Shown: positions 10,719 through 21,500, numbered from the stretch's first letter. The stretch is DNA of 64,000 nucleotides from Candidatus Bathyarchaeota archaeon (GCA_963780185.1 CAWABA010000006.1:352001-416000), one strand, 5' to 3'. Made by a program: numbers and translations. Notes: a model not told the origin generated them from the sequence alone.

Positions 10719-10839
10719 GGGTTTGATCAGTTTTCCGGCGTTTTTTTTTGCAAGCCATATGTAATTTGTTTATACACACAAACGGCTTAATCCACTCTTC
10801 AAGCTTTTCTATATTAAATATGCTCTTGGGATGATGTGA

Positions 10840-11669
10840 TTGGTTTCAAGCTTGCAAGGTCGACTCTTCAGGAGGTTTGTTCGATCTAAAGTTGCTTTAG
10901 CAATTCCAGTTACATTCCTGATACTTTTGGTTTCAACATTAAGCATTATTTCGGTTACCTATTACTTTTCAGTTGCAAACCTCAACACGCAAAGCAAAGC
11001 TCTTAAAGTTTCGACAGCCCAACAAAACTTTGTGTCTTTGGACAATGTTATTCTTTCAACTTTAGGGCAGCCTGGTTCCTCAGCCACGTTTGACTTAGGA
11101 GATTCAGGCGGAATAACAAACGTTCAACCAACCAGCAATATTCTCACAATCTACGTCAACTATGGTATTGATGAAACTATCTTTAACGCGTCCGTAGGTC
11201 AAGTTGCCTATGAACTTCCGTGTTCAGGCTCAATTGAAACGGGCTTTTACATGGCAGGAGACAGCCAAACAATAACCAAACAAAGCGGCTCTTCGCCAAG
11301 TCAACTTTACATAACAGTGGACTTCATGGGCCTGAGATCCAGTTGCAGTTTCGGCCAACAGTGACGTATGCTGCTGCCGGATTGAAAAATGGTCTAGCCG
11401 TCACCAACATTCGCGTGTATATAGTCAACCTGAACTCTTCAGATCCAATAGCTTTACATGGCGAGCTTCCCCTGCAAATCTTTTGCACGAGTACACAATT
11501 AACAACTGAAACTCTCCAAGTTTCCAATCAACAAAACTTGGTTATAACTTCACAGTTGAACGGTGCCAATGGAAGCGTTTCCATTCCAATCTCAGGCACA
11601 CGTGAAGGCTCAATAATCAACATAGAAACCGTAATTTCTAACATATCAATCGAGAGGCGGATTAGCTAA
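10840..11669 (+). CDS. Minor pilin-like protein (frameshift near 11320-11340)
   Basis: Basic N-terminus RSKVA|LAIPVTFLILLVSTL of class III signal type; ORFs 10840-11364 and 11343-11669 overlap in different frames. Confidence 0.65.
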
Positions 11670-11670
11670 A

Positions 11671-12114
11671 ATGGTCTCGATGATTCCAAGTTACGTGTAC
11701 TCACTGCTTGCAACTCTTATCGTTGGCACAATCATAGTTTCCAGTTGCAGCATTTCAATGGTAAGCATAAAGAATGACGCAGAAAGCCAACAGTTAGCCA
11801 ATGTTGACGAATACGTAGCGACACAAAGCCTAACTCTATTAACTCAAACAACTCAAGATAGACAAAATACAACTCAATTCCTGGATCTTCCTTCACAAAT
11901 TGGAAACCAAGAATACTGGGTATGTATAGCAAACGACTCGTCTAGGGCATGGGTTACATCTGGCTTTGGAGCGACTGCTATCCTAAGTCAACCACAAATA
12001 TACTTGCCAGCTAACGTCGTGGCATCAGGAAGCTTCGTTAGCGCTTGGGGAAGAGCTTTTCTACAATGTTGCTACGAGAACCAAACTGTCACTTTAACAT
12101 TAACTAGTGAGTGA
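11671..12114 (+). CDS. Minor pilin-like / pilus accessory protein
   Basis: N-terminal hydrophobic helix, LPSQIGNQEY motif, operonic position just before the ATPase. Confidence 0.6.
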   Translation: MVSMIPSYVYSLLATLIVGTIIVSSCSISMVSIKNDAESQQLANVDEYVATQSLTLLTQTTQDRQNTTQFLDLPSQIGNQEYWVCIANDSSRAWVTSGFGATAILSQPQIYLPANVVASGSFVSAWGRAFLQCCYENQTVTLTLTSE

Positions 12115-13697
12115 TTGAATTGAAATTAGGCAAAAAGAAAGAAGAAATTCAAGAAAAGGCAAAGGCCTCAGACGAGGAGATGATAGCTTACTTAGGCATT
12201 CAGGGCTACCAAGTGCCTGAAGGCTTTACGCAAGTTGAAAGTTACCCTCTTCATCCACCGTTCTCTTATGCATGGATATTCCAAGACGACTCTGAAGGAA
12301 GCTTCTTCTATGTTGTTGATGAACTTCCCATGTCGAGGGAGGAACGAGAATCCTACAAGCGTCTAAAGAACATTCTTGAATATGAGCTTAAAGCTCCAAG
12401 GATAGATGAAACGCTTGTTGATTCGTTTCACAGACAGGTTCCAGCTATACTAGAAGAGCACCCGGAAGTTTTTGTAGGAACCGACCAAGTAGGTCAAAGA
12501 AAAATTGTCTACTACCTTGAAAAAGACTTAATCGGTTATGGAAGAATCGAAGGGCTCATAAATGATCCGTTAATTGAAGATATAAGCTGTTTAGGCACAA
12601 ACAAATCCGTTTTCATTTATCATAGAAAATTCGCTAACGCGCGAACCAATATTATTTTTTCCGATGAGGAAGAATTGGACGATTTCATAACAAGAATCGT
12701 TCATAGACAAGGCAAACACGTAAGCATAGCTCACCCTATCGTCGACTTAACCCTTCCGGGGAAACACAGACTTGCAATATCCTTCGGAAAAGAAACAACT
12801 CCAGCCGGAACAAGTTTCACTATAAGAAAATTCAAAGAAGACCCATTGACCATCGTAGATTTGATAATCAACGAAACAATTGACGAGTCGATCGCAGCGT
12901 ATCTTTGGATGCTGATGGAAAATAAAATGTCGGTCATGATTGTAGGACCAACAGGTGCAGGAAAAACAACCGCCTTGAATGCTATTGCATGCTTGGTTCG
13001 ACCGGATTTCAAGATGATCTCGGTTGAAGAAGTTCAAGAAGTTAACTTGCCTCAAGAAAACTGGGTGTCAACTGTTGCACGGACAGGCTTCGGAGGGGAC
13101 AGCACAGGCGAAGTTACACTTTACGATTTGATAAAGTCAGCGGTTAGGCACAGACCAGCATTAATCCTTGTAGGCGAAATCAGGGGCGAAGAGGCGTACG
13201 TTCTTTTTCAGGCATTAGCAACGGGACATGGCGGATTATGTACAATGCACGCAGACGATGTGGAAACGGTTATTAAACGGCTAACACAGCCGCCTATGAA
13301 TATTCCCCAAAACATCTTGTCACTTATGAACTGCGTAATAGTTGTCAAGCAAGTCGACATCTCACGAATCAACTTGCAAGAACGAAAAATGTCCTCCAGA
13401 AAATTTGTTGAAGTCGCCGAAATCGATAACGAAGGTGCTCCGCACGAAGTGTTTTATTGGAACATGTCCTCAGACACTTTCCAACAAGATCTAGAAAAAA
13501 GCCTTTTACTGGCAAAGATAGCCAAAAACCTCAGTGTTCCCCTAAGCGTTGTCCAACAGGAGTTTGAACGAAGAAAACAAATTATGTTAAGCATGGTTGA
13601 GAAAAATCTTCGTGACTTTAAAAGCGTCCACAAAGCACTAAATAGTTTACTTAACCTTGAGGATTTAGCCAACAAAGAACATCCCGAGGCCCAATAA
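12111..13697 (+). CDS. Type II/IV secretion system (pilus assembly) ATPase, PilB/FlaI/VirB11 family
   Basis: Walker A GPTGAGKTT, FTIRKF, EEVQE Asp box, Walker B ILVGEIRG, His box TGHGGLCTMHA. Confidence 0.95.
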   Translation: MIELKLGKKKEEIQEKAKASDEEMIAYLGIQGYQVPEGFTQVESYPLHPPFSYAWIFQDDSEGSFFYVVDELPMSREERESYKRLKNILEYELKAPRIDETLVDSFHRQVPAILEEHPEVFVGTDQVGQRKIVYYLEKDLIGYGRIEGLINDPLIEDISCLGTNKSVFIYHRKFANARTNIIFSDEEELDDFITRIVHRQGKHVSIAHPIVDLTLPGKHRLAISFGKETTPAGTSFTIRKFKEDPLTIVDLIINETIDESIAAYLWMLMENKMSVMIVGPTGAGKTTALNAIACLVRPDFKMISVEEVQEVNLPQENWVSTVARTGFGGDSTGEVTLYDLIKSAVRHRPALILVGEIRGEEAYVLFQALATGHGGLCTMHADDVETVIKRLTQPPMNIPQNILSLMNCVIVVKQVDISRINLQERKMSSRKFVEVAEIDNEGAPHEVFYWNMSSDTFQQDLEKSLLLAKIAKNLSVPLSVVQQEFERRKQIMLSMVEKNLRDFKSVHKALNSLLNLEDLANKEHPEAQ

Positions 13698-13700
13698 CCA

Positions 13701-15215
13701 ATGCCTGCTTTTGGCGGTTTTATCGGCAAAATTTTCGGTTCACTATCTTCTGCTACTAGCGAAGAAAAGGAGAAAACCGAGCAGGAACTGCCATTTGCAG
13801 TAATGATTTTCACGCTTATGGCTGCAAGCGGAATATCCCCTTATGATAGTTGGAAAAAAATGCGAAAGCTTGCTTTCCTTCCAATATTCAAAAAAGAAGC
13901 AGACGAACTTGTTCGTCAGGTTGAAGTTTTGGGCAAGGACCCGTTATCCGTAATGCAGGCGCGTGCAGAAACCACAACCTCCAAGTTATACAGAAATTTT
14001 TTGGGCGGCTTTGTTTCTTCAATTAGAAGTGGCGGACAACTGTTTGACTTCATGAAAAGTCAGCTGAAAGCAATTTTTGAACTGCGATACATTAATCTGA
14101 ATCGGTCAATTGAGAAAGTCGCCACTTTGGTTGAAGCATACTCGGTTATGCTAATTGTCGTATTATGCTCGTATATTCTTTTTGTTGTCTTGGCATCATC
14201 AAATGTTATGTCACTACTGTCAAATAGTTCAGCTTCCACCTCGCCTACACTTTCTTACTTAATAGCGTTTGTTATTATGCCTGTAATGTCAGGGATCTTT
14301 ATTTTGATGGCGCATAATCTTCAAAAAAGCGCTTTTCCCAATCTAAAAGACCTTTATAAAAAAGCTTTAATCCTCGTGCCACCCGCATTCGTCGTAATAG
14401 CCCTCATCGCAATGGTCCCTTCGTTATCTAGAGCAGTTAGCCCCATAGGATTACCTGCTGTTACCACAATAGTTTTAGTCGCTTGTTCATTACCGATTGC
14501 TATTCAGTATCGGCGCATTGCAAAGTTAAACTATAATGCTGAAGAATCACTTCCTAGTTTTATAAGAGAAGTAACCGAATCACAAAAAACAGGGCTTTCA
14601 CCAGAAAAAAGCATAGTGCAAGCTACAAAACGCAAAGATTACGGGCCCTTCTCCAAATTTTTAGATTTAATGCGTAGTCAAATCGAATGGGGCGTACCTT
14701 TACGCAAAACCATTGATAACTTTCGTAAGGAAATTCGAAGTTGGTTTGTCACAATTAACTTTTCTATGCTGGTGGAAACCATTGAAGTCGGCGGTAACTC
14801 AATCCAATCGCTAGAAATACTTTCTGAATATAGTGAAAAAGAACATGAATTACAAATCAATCGGCGTGAACTTTTGAGACCTTACATACTTCTTGCTTCC
14901 ATGTGGAGTGCATTAATAGCTGTCACAACAACCATAGTTGGCTTAACTACTAACTTAACCAATAGCATGATGACAACTATTGACGGTACAGACCTTGGAG
15001 CGGTCGCTTCAATAGCTATGGCTCCTCAGCTTACCCTTTTCTCTGTAGGCATAATCATTCAATGCTGGATCTCAGGGTTCTTCATCGGAAAAATCAGCGA
15101 AGGCAACTTCGGCGCCGGATTTAAACACGCAGCATTGCTTGCAACAATCGCATTCGTGTCTTTGGTTCTCTCTAAACTTCTTCTTTCAGGCATTTTTGGG
15201 AAAATGCTCGGTTAA
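13701..15215 (+). CDS. Type IV pilus membrane platform protein (T2SSF/TadC/PilC/FlaJ family)
   Basis: Two T2SSF repeats (ELPFA...ASGISP; LPSFIREVTESQKTGLS), multiple TMs, GKISEG..GAG motif near the C-terminus. Confidence 0.9.
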   Translation: MPAFGGFIGKIFGSLSSATSEEKEKTEQELPFAVMIFTLMAASGISPYDSWKKMRKLAFLPIFKKEADELVRQVEVLGKDPLSVMQARAETTTSKLYRNFLGGFVSSIRSGGQLFDFMKSQLKAIFELRYINLNRSIEKVATLVEAYSVMLIVVLCSYILFVVLASSNVMSLLSNSSASTSPTLSYLIAFVIMPVMSGIFILMAHNLQKSAFPNLKDLYKKALILVPPAFVVIALIAMVPSLSRAVSPIGLPAVTTIVLVACSLPIAIQYRRIAKLNYNAEESLPSFIREVTESQKTGLSPEKSIVQATKRKDYGPFSKFLDLMRSQIEWGVPLRKTIDNFRKEIRSWFVTINFSMLVETIEVGGNSIQSLEILSEYSEKEHELQINRRELLRPYILLASMWSALIAVTTTIVGLTTNLTNSMMTTIDGTDLGAVASIAMAPQLTLFSVGIIIQCWISGFFIGKISEGNFGAGFKHAALLATIAFVSLVLSKLLLSGIFGKMLG

Positions 15216-15230
15216 AGGAGAAATAACACA

Positions 15231-16277
15231 TTGCCATCAACCTCTATTGACACTTTCTTCGCTTGTACAATCATTGTAGCCGCTGCTTTGATATCAACTT
15301 CTTTTCTATGTTCAACAATGCAAACCAGTATACACAGCACACAAGACATCAACAAAGAAAGCTATCTACAATCCATAGCCAACTACATCATAACGAACCC
15401 AGGAGCTCCCAATAACTGGGGAACCCGCAACAATGTTCCCGTCGACTTTGGATTAGCAGAGGGCGCCTCAACAATTCCTTATGAACTAGACATAGATAAA
15501 ATCACTCGGTTAAACAATCTAAACAATTTCTCCTTATCCTATCTTGACATGCTCAACGCCGCTAAATTAGACAATATTGCTTTGGGCATAACGGTTTATC
15601 AAGTTATGTCCATAAACATTGAACAAGAAAGCAACTACACAACGGGCAGCAATACTTCTTACAGCTTCGCGATTTTAACAAGCATCGATTCCGAACCCAC
15701 CAGCGCAATTCTAAATTGCTATGTCATAGCAAACAACTATCTGACCAACGTAACCAATAACACTTCAGACGTTGGAGTTGGCAACGTTAACGTTCAAATC
15801 CCAAGCGTAGCATCCAACAACGCCATGCTAATTGTGTTCGCAAGAGCATCTTTTGACGACAGAATAACCTCATACGCCATCTACAACTTCTTCAATTCAG
15901 CCCAAGAATCAGCGCCAAGCAACGACATTTTAACTTTAACTCCCATTAATTCCACGTTAAGCTTCACCACAAATTCAACTGACTTAACTATTCAGAAAGG
16001 CTGCGTTTTTTCCTACGCATATCAGAAGAATCTCACTTCCATGCAAAATTCAACTCAATACTTAATTCCCAAGATTATTGACAAAAGCCCATTTGTCATA
16101 GTTCTGTGCGGTTTCAATAACGGCACTTATTTTCAAGAATGGACCTCTTATCCTCAAGTTCCATTGACAACAGGTTCAACTTTTAAGGGCGAAGAACAAA
16201 ACGTCTTCATCTATATGGTCACGATAAATGGGGTACTCTACAAGGTCGATATCAGTTTAGGAGATGTCGTTTCCTGA
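15231..16277 (+). CDS. Pilin-like accessory protein
   Basis: SIDTFFA + hydrophobic helix; PGAPNNWG and FGLA motifs typical of archaeal pilus-locus accessory proteins. Confidence 0.6.
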   Translation: MPSTSIDTFFACTIIVAAALISTSFLCSTMQTSIHSTQDINKESYLQSIANYIITNPGAPNNWGTRNNVPVDFGLAEGASTIPYELDIDKITRLNNLNNFSLSYLDMLNAAKLDNIALGITVYQVMSINIEQESNYTTGSNTSYSFAILTSIDSEPTSAILNCYVIANNYLTNVTNNTSDVGVGNVNVQIPSVASNNAMLIVFARASFDDRITSYAIYNFFNSAQESAPSNDILTLTPINSTLSFTTNSTDLTIQKGCVFSYAYQKNLTSMQNSTQYLIPKIIDKSPFVIVLCGFNNGTYFQEWTSYPQVPLTTGSTFKGEEQNVFIYMVTINGVLYKVDISLGDVVS

Positions 16278-16702
16278 ATCTCCTAAAAGACAAAAAAGGG
16301 CAAGTACGTGTAATCGAAGCGTTTTTAGCCTCAATTTTATTGATGTCATGCCTTGCTCTTATTCCTGGATCACCAACCGTGCAGGATTCGACAATAAATC
16401 TTTCTTCAACCGCCCAAAATGTTCTGTTAAGTTTAGACAGCAACGGACACTTGGCAACATTAGTTAATAGCCAGAATTGGAATGAGCTAAAAGATTGCTT
16501 AGAATCTTCTCTTCCGCTTACGGTATGGTTTAACTTAACAGTTTTCGATCCACACATGAATATAATGAACCCATTTCCAATTTGCAATGCGGGCTCTGTA
16601 AGTGATAAAATCTTTTCGGTAGACTATGTTTGCGCAAGCCAAAACAGCACATATACAATCTACATCTTGAGACTTCAACTTTCAGAAGTGGGATTAACAT
16701 GA
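16274..16702 (+). CDS. Minor pilin (start upstream of the ORF-track call)
   Basis: In-frame CTG at 16274, overlapping the upstream TGA, gives MNLLKDKKG|QVRVIEAFLASILL, a class III signal peptide. Confidence 0.65.
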   Translation: MNLLKDKKGQVRVIEAFLASILLMSCLALIPGSPTVQDSTINLSSTAQNVLLSLDSNGHLATLVNSQNWNELKDCLESSLPLTVWFNLTVFDPHMNIMNPFPICNAGSVSDKIFSVDYVCASQNSTYTIYILRLQLSEVGLT

Positions 16703-17458
16703 AGAAAAGAAACCTAAAAGCCGACAGTTCGGGCCAAGCGATCATAATCACAGCTTTACTGATAACATCGCTTTTATTATCCACCGCCATCTATGTCATT
16801 GAAACGGAAAAAGAAACACCAGTAGTTGGAACCGACCAAAACACTGTTATCCAGTCATATCAGCAAAGCATAAGAAACACTCTGATTAGTGCACTAGGCA
16901 AACTTAACCAACGAGGGTAATCCGGGCGTTTTAACCAAAGACATAAACGAATTAAATGCAGCAATCACTTCAGATTCATACGAAGCTATACTGCAAATGG
17001 ATTATACTCCCCTAAATGTAGCTCCATACCAAAACGGTTTCTGGGTCTCTTGGGGTGCAGATGGTACTGGAATTTCAAGTGCTTGTGTCAGTTTCGTTTT
17101 TAACTCTTCAGGGCATTCCTCATCTTCTAGTTTGCAATATGATGTAAACGTAACTACTGAAGCCGATTTGAATGGCTACCTGCAACTTGAAGGTAACTCC
17201 ACGCGAGTAAACTTAACAATTTACGTGCTCAACGAGGGCAAACCCGCTTTAGCGCAAAACTTTACTTTTTATGTTGAGAATGATACTGATAGTTGGGTAA
17301 AAGTGGATTCTCCAAACATAATTGATTTTGGTAATGGAACATATTCAGTTTCATTTACTACTGGAACATATCAGTCAAACAACCCTCTCCTCGTCTCTAT
17401 GCTTTGCCAAGATCAACGCGGTATTTTCGTTAGAGCGAATGCAACTTGCACAACATAG
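16699..17458 (+). CDS. Minor pilin-like protein (frameshift near 16900)
   Basis: MKKRNLKADSSG|QAIIITALLITSLLL signal; continues in ORF 16997-17458. Confidence 0.6.
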
Positions 17459-17512
17459 GATAACAAAAATGTTAAAGCTAAAATGTGAGAAACCAAGTTT
17501 AATGTTTAACAA

Positions 17513-18943
17513 ATGGAGCGGCATCAGTACATGACTCATGGTATGGCATTTAAAATTGTGGCTCTATTGTTGGCGGTTTCAATCATATTCACTGCTAGCA
17601 TAAGCGTTATTGAGAATTCTTTCCCAAAGCTTACTGGTACCTCAGTCAGCGTTTCGCCCGCTAATGTTATTTGGAAAAAAGAATACGGCTTTGTAGGAGA
17701 TGACGACCGCGCATATTCTGCGTTGCCCGTTGGTAACGGATATTTGGTTGTCGGTTCATTTGAATCAAATGAGACAGGCGTAACTGTGGGTTGGGCTTTA
17801 AGGCTTGATGCTGATGGCAATGTAATTTGGAATCAAACGTTTCTAGATGGGTCAGGCATTGAACTTAGATGCGCCTTTAATTTGACTGATGGATTCCTGC
17901 TTGTAGGTAACGAATTTTTGCCTTACGGAGATGAAAACGGTTATGCTGCAAAAATAACTAGTCAAGGCGCCTTAATTTGGCAGACTCCCATTGTGGGCGG
18001 AGAAAACGTCAATAAACTCTTTTCAGCAATTGCCACACAAGACGGCTTTGTACTTTTGGGGTTAACATTCTCCAATGCAAATGGAAAATCTAACTCATGG
18101 GTAGTCAAAATTGACACAAAGGGAAATGTTGTTTGGAACAAAAACTACGGAAACACAACCGACACTGCTGCAACAAACGGCGTCTTAGCCCCAGATGGCA
18201 ATTACATGGTGGCAGGTTACGCGAACTCGCGAGGATACAACAACTATGCTTTTCTACTTATGCAAATTAACTCTAATGGGACCATGCTATGGAATAAGAC
18301 CTACGGTGAAACAGGCAGCCAAGAAGCCTCTGCCATGACGAAAGCCCCTGACGGCTACGTAATAGTCGGTGACACTCAAACGGCACATGGCAACATCCAC
18401 GCCTGGGTAATAAAAGTCGATTGGAACGGAACAATGCTTTGGGCGAAAACAGTAGGAGGCAAAAACGCTGATTCGCCATATTTTGTCACTCCCTCTGAAG
18501 ATGGCTGCTACTTAGTCGGTGGCTTCACTTTCTCCTTTGGCTCAGGAAACCGTGATTTTTGGCTCTTCAAAATCGATGATTCTGGACAAGTCTTATGGAG
18601 TTGCACTCAAGGTGACGCGGGTTTCCAAGAAGCTTATAGCGTCATCCAAACCGGAAAAAACCAATATGTTATGGTGGGATGGACGGACCCGCCTGGGCAA
18701 CCCGCTTTAATCGGCAAGGCCCGATACATGTTTTATATTGTAAATCTCAGCTATCCTCAAGATACCGATTGGTTTTCAAGTTTGGAGTTTATCTCTTACG
18801 TCGGCGCAGCTTTCGCGATTTTTCTGGCAGGTTTGCTTGTGGCATTAAAACTTCGCCATCAACCGAATAATGATCAATCTTCGAAAAATAGAAGTGAGAA
18901 TAAACGCAAACGCAAGCGGTTCCAAAGGGGAAAAGAAAGGTAA
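17513..18943 (+). CDS. Secreted repeat (beta-propeller-like) membrane-anchored protein, candidate adhesin
   Basis: About 7 repeats of the form W..K.D..GN..W.K.YG...D.A......DGY...G; N-terminal signal; C-terminal TM and basic tail. Confidence 0.7.
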   Translation: MERHQYMTHGMAFKIVALLLAVSIIFTASISVIENSFPKLTGTSVSVSPANVIWKKEYGFVGDDDRAYSALPVGNGYLVVGSFESNETGVTVGWALRLDADGNVIWNQTFLDGSGIELRCAFNLTDGFLLVGNEFLPYGDENGYAAKITSQGALIWQTPIVGGENVNKLFSAIATQDGFVLLGLTFSNANGKSNSWVVKIDTKGNVVWNKNYGNTTDTAATNGVLAPDGNYMVAGYANSRGYNNYAFLLMQINSNGTMLWNKTYGETGSQEASAMTKAPDGYVIVGDTQTAHGNIHAWVIKVDWNGTMLWAKTVGGKNADSPYFVTPSEDGCYLVGGFTFSFGSGNRDFWLFKIDDSGQVLWSCTQGDAGFQEAYSVIQTGKNQYVMVGWTDPPGQPALIGKARYMFYIVNLSYPQDTDWFSSLEFISYVGAAFAIFLAGLLVALKLRHQPNNDQSSKNRSENKRKRKRFQRGKER

Positions 18944-18978
18944 AGAAAAACTAAAATTCTATTTACTTGAATTTTTGT

Positions 18979-19854
18979 TCAAGTCAGTTTGGAGAATAGC
19001 ATTCGAAGAACTTTAACGAAGGCACTGTAGTTTGTCCATATGGCTGTTGTTTTATCCTTCTTCTTCACATCTTCATCATTCGCTGCGTCTTCATGGAATG
19101 CAATGAGAACTTCTTTATTGTCAGAAATCATAATGCACGGCAAGTTTTGTTCATCCGCAATTCGGAGAGATTCACTTAGCCACTGCAGTTGCCCGATGAA
19201 ATAAGCACTTTTCAATGAGTTATCCGTAACCAACGTAACATTCACTTTGTCAGACCCACTTTTTAGTTTGTCAATGAAATCGCTATAAAACAGCTGGGAA
19301 AGGTAGTCGGCTGAAGCGAACACTTGGAATTCCTTTTCTGTTCTTTCAAGTAATTCATTAGCTTTCATGAGTACCTGCTGTTCACCCTCAAGCATCTGGA
19401 AAAGCTCTTTTTTCGCAGGTGTAGCTTTCGGCTGAGGTATGGATCGCCAAAGTTCTACGAGGCTTGTTTTTTCTTGTTCTAATAACTTGATTTTTATTTT
19501 CTGTGCATCTACAAGTAAATCAATAGCTTTGTCCAATGGCACAGCTGTGAATTTTAGAGGTTTCTCAAAAATGGAAAAAACTACGCCTCTTTTTTCCAGG
19601 TCTCGCAAGATTCTGTAAGTCTCAGTTCGATGAAGCGAAATTGCTTCTGCTATTTCTCCTGCCTTCATGTCACCTACTCTGGCAAGATGCAAGTAAACTT
19701 TAATCTCGTTTTTAAGCAGTCCAAATCTTGAAAGTGTTTCTTCAATGGTTAATAATTGATCATTGTATGATTGATCTTTCTTCACCGTTTTCCAGGATCC
19801 ATTTTGCTTATCGTACACTTTCACTAATTCTTGTTTTTCCATTGTCAACGCCAA
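18979..19854 (-). CDS. TrmB-family transcriptional regulator
   Basis: FGLLKNEIKVYLHL...AGEIAEAISLHRTETYRILRDLEKRG...KPLKFTAVP wHTH plus C-terminal PLD-like effector domain (MISDNKEVL). Confidence 0.85.
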   Translation of the reverse strand: MALTMEKQELVKVYDKQNGSWKTVKKDQSYNDQLLTIEETLSRFGLLKNEIKVYLHLARVGDMKAGEIAEAISLHRTETYRILRDLEKRGVVFSIFEKPLKFTAVPLDKAIDLLVDAQKIKIKLLEQEKTSLVELWRSIPQPKATPAKKELFQMLEGEQQVLMKANELLERTEKEFQVFASADYLSQLFYSDFIDKLKSGSDKVNVTLVTDNSLKSAYFIGQLQWLSESLRIADEQNLPCIMISDNKEVLIAFHEDAANDEDVKKKDKTTAIWTNYSAFVKVLRMLFSKLT

Positions 19855-20107
19855 TGAGAGGTTCTCCTTGTTTCTCCATATTTGGGGTACTGCTACCCAA
19901 TTCTGACCCTTTATATATAATATGATTACGACTTAGAAATCTGAATCCAAAATCCACATTCGACGACACCCCCTCTCAGCTTACCAGACAAGGTGTCCCT
20001 ACCATTTTTACAGAAAACCGTCTCAAAAGCGCCATCCACAAGCACTCTATCTAGGGGCAAAAAATAATCGCTAGTCTTATAAGTTCAACTTTTGAGAAAT
20101 AGAGAGC

Positions 20108-20893
20108 ATGCAAGCAGAAATCGGAATAATCGGCGGAACAGGTCTGTACGACCCTAAACTTCTCAAGAACATTCAGGAAGTAACGTTGGAAACGCCCTAC
20201 GGCAAACCTTCCGACTCAATAACCGTTGGAGAGTTGGGCAGTAAATGTGTGGCTTTCCTTCCGAGACACGGCAAAAAACACACCATTAGACCAACCGACA
20301 TCAACGTCAGAGCCAACATCTTTGCCCTAAAGAAACTCGGGGTAAAACGCATCATGGCTTCCTCAACCGTTGGATCATTGCGGGAGGAGTATCATCCAGG
20401 CGAAATCGTCCTCTGCGACCAATTCATCGACCGTACAACAAGACGCGAAGAATCCTTCTATACACAGGACAGGGTTTGCCACATAAGCGTCGCCGAACCA
20501 ATGTGCCCCGAACTCAGAGAAAACATAATCTCAGTTGCCAAAACCTTGGGCACTAAAATGCATCCAACGGGGACATATATCTGCATCGAAGGACCACGCT
20601 TCTCCACTAAGGCTGAATCAAAAATGTATCGGCAGTGGGGAGCAGACGTCGTCGGCATGACCTTGGTTCCCGAATGCGTGCTGGCTAGAGAAGCAGAAAT
20701 ATGCTACGCATCCATATCAACCGTGACCGACTACGATGTTTGGAAAGACCACCCAGTCTGCGTAGACGACATCGTCAAAATAATGAAGGCAAATACCGAA
20801 AACGTCAAACGCGTAATCGCCGAAACCGTCGCCAAACTGCCCAGCGAACCTGCCTGCAAATGCGGAGAAGCCCTCAAAGGAGCCTTCGCCTAA
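20108..20893 (+). CDS. mtnP: S-methyl-5'-thioadenosine phosphorylase
   Basis: IGIIGGTG, TPYGKPS, FLPRHG, EGPRFSTKAES, VGMT, VTDYD. Confidence 0.95.
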   Translation: MQAEIGIIGGTGLYDPKLLKNIQEVTLETPYGKPSDSITVGELGSKCVAFLPRHGKKHTIRPTDINVRANIFALKKLGVKRIMASSTVGSLREEYHPGEIVLCDQFIDRTTRREESFYTQDRVCHISVAEPMCPELRENIISVAKTLGTKMHPTGTYICIEGPRFSTKAESKMYRQWGADVVGMTLVPECVLAREAEICYASISTVTDYDVWKDHPVCVDDIVKIMKANTENVKRVIAETVAKLPSEPACKCGEALKGAFA

Positions 20894-20907
20894 AAGGAGA
20901 ACTTAAC

Positions 20908-21453
20908 ATGAGCAAATCTAAAAAGAAGATAGACTTGAAATCGAAGGTTAGAAGGATCTCGCAGTTTAAAGGCGTGGTTTTCTGGGATATAACGCCGCTT
21001 CTAAAAGACAAGGATGCGCTGCGTGAAAGCATTAAGCAGATTGCGGATCATTTCAGGGGCGAACCGATAGATTTGGTTGTTTCAAACGAGGCTAGAGGCT
21101 TCATCGTGGGCGCAGCTGTGGCTTACGAGTTAGGCGTGGGCTTTGTGCCTATACGAAAAAAAGGAAAATTGCCCTCTAAATGCGTGGAGCTTGTTTACAA
21201 GAAAGAATACGAGTCTGACATTATCGAGATGCATGAAGACGCAATTGAGAAGGGACAAAAAATCTTAATCATCGACGACTTGTTAGCGACCGGCGGCACC
21301 ATCAAAGCAAATATTGATCTGGTCGAAAAACTCGGCGGCAAAGTCGTGGGCTTAGGCTTCCTCATCGAACTCTGCTACCTTGACGGCAGAAAACTAATAG
21401 GCGGCAAATACGACACGTACTCGTTGATTGAAATTCAAACCACAAACGGCTAA
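20908..21453 (+). CDS. apt: Adenine phosphoribosyltransferase
   Basis: FWDITPLL, EARGF, RKKGKLP, YKKEY, PRPP motif IIDDLLATGGT; start ATG 20908 after GGAG. Confidence 0.92.
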   Translation: MSKSKKKIDLKSKVRRISQFKGVVFWDITPLLKDKDALRESIKQIADHFRGEPIDLVVSNEARGFIVGAAVAYELGVGFVPIRKKGKLPSKCVELVYKKEYESDIIEMHEDAIEKGQKILIIDDLLATGGTIKANIDLVEKLGGKVVGLGFLIELCYLDGRKLIGGKYDTYSLIEIQTTNG

Positions 21454-21500
21454 AAACAACACCCATAGCCAAGATGAACCCGAGCTTCAAACCTGAGGTT

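Noticed and set aside
9185-15215. Archaellum (arl/fla) operon
   Set aside because: Pilin N-termini are not archaellin-like and no ArlH, ArlF/G or ArlC/D/E is recognisable; treated as a type IV pilus.
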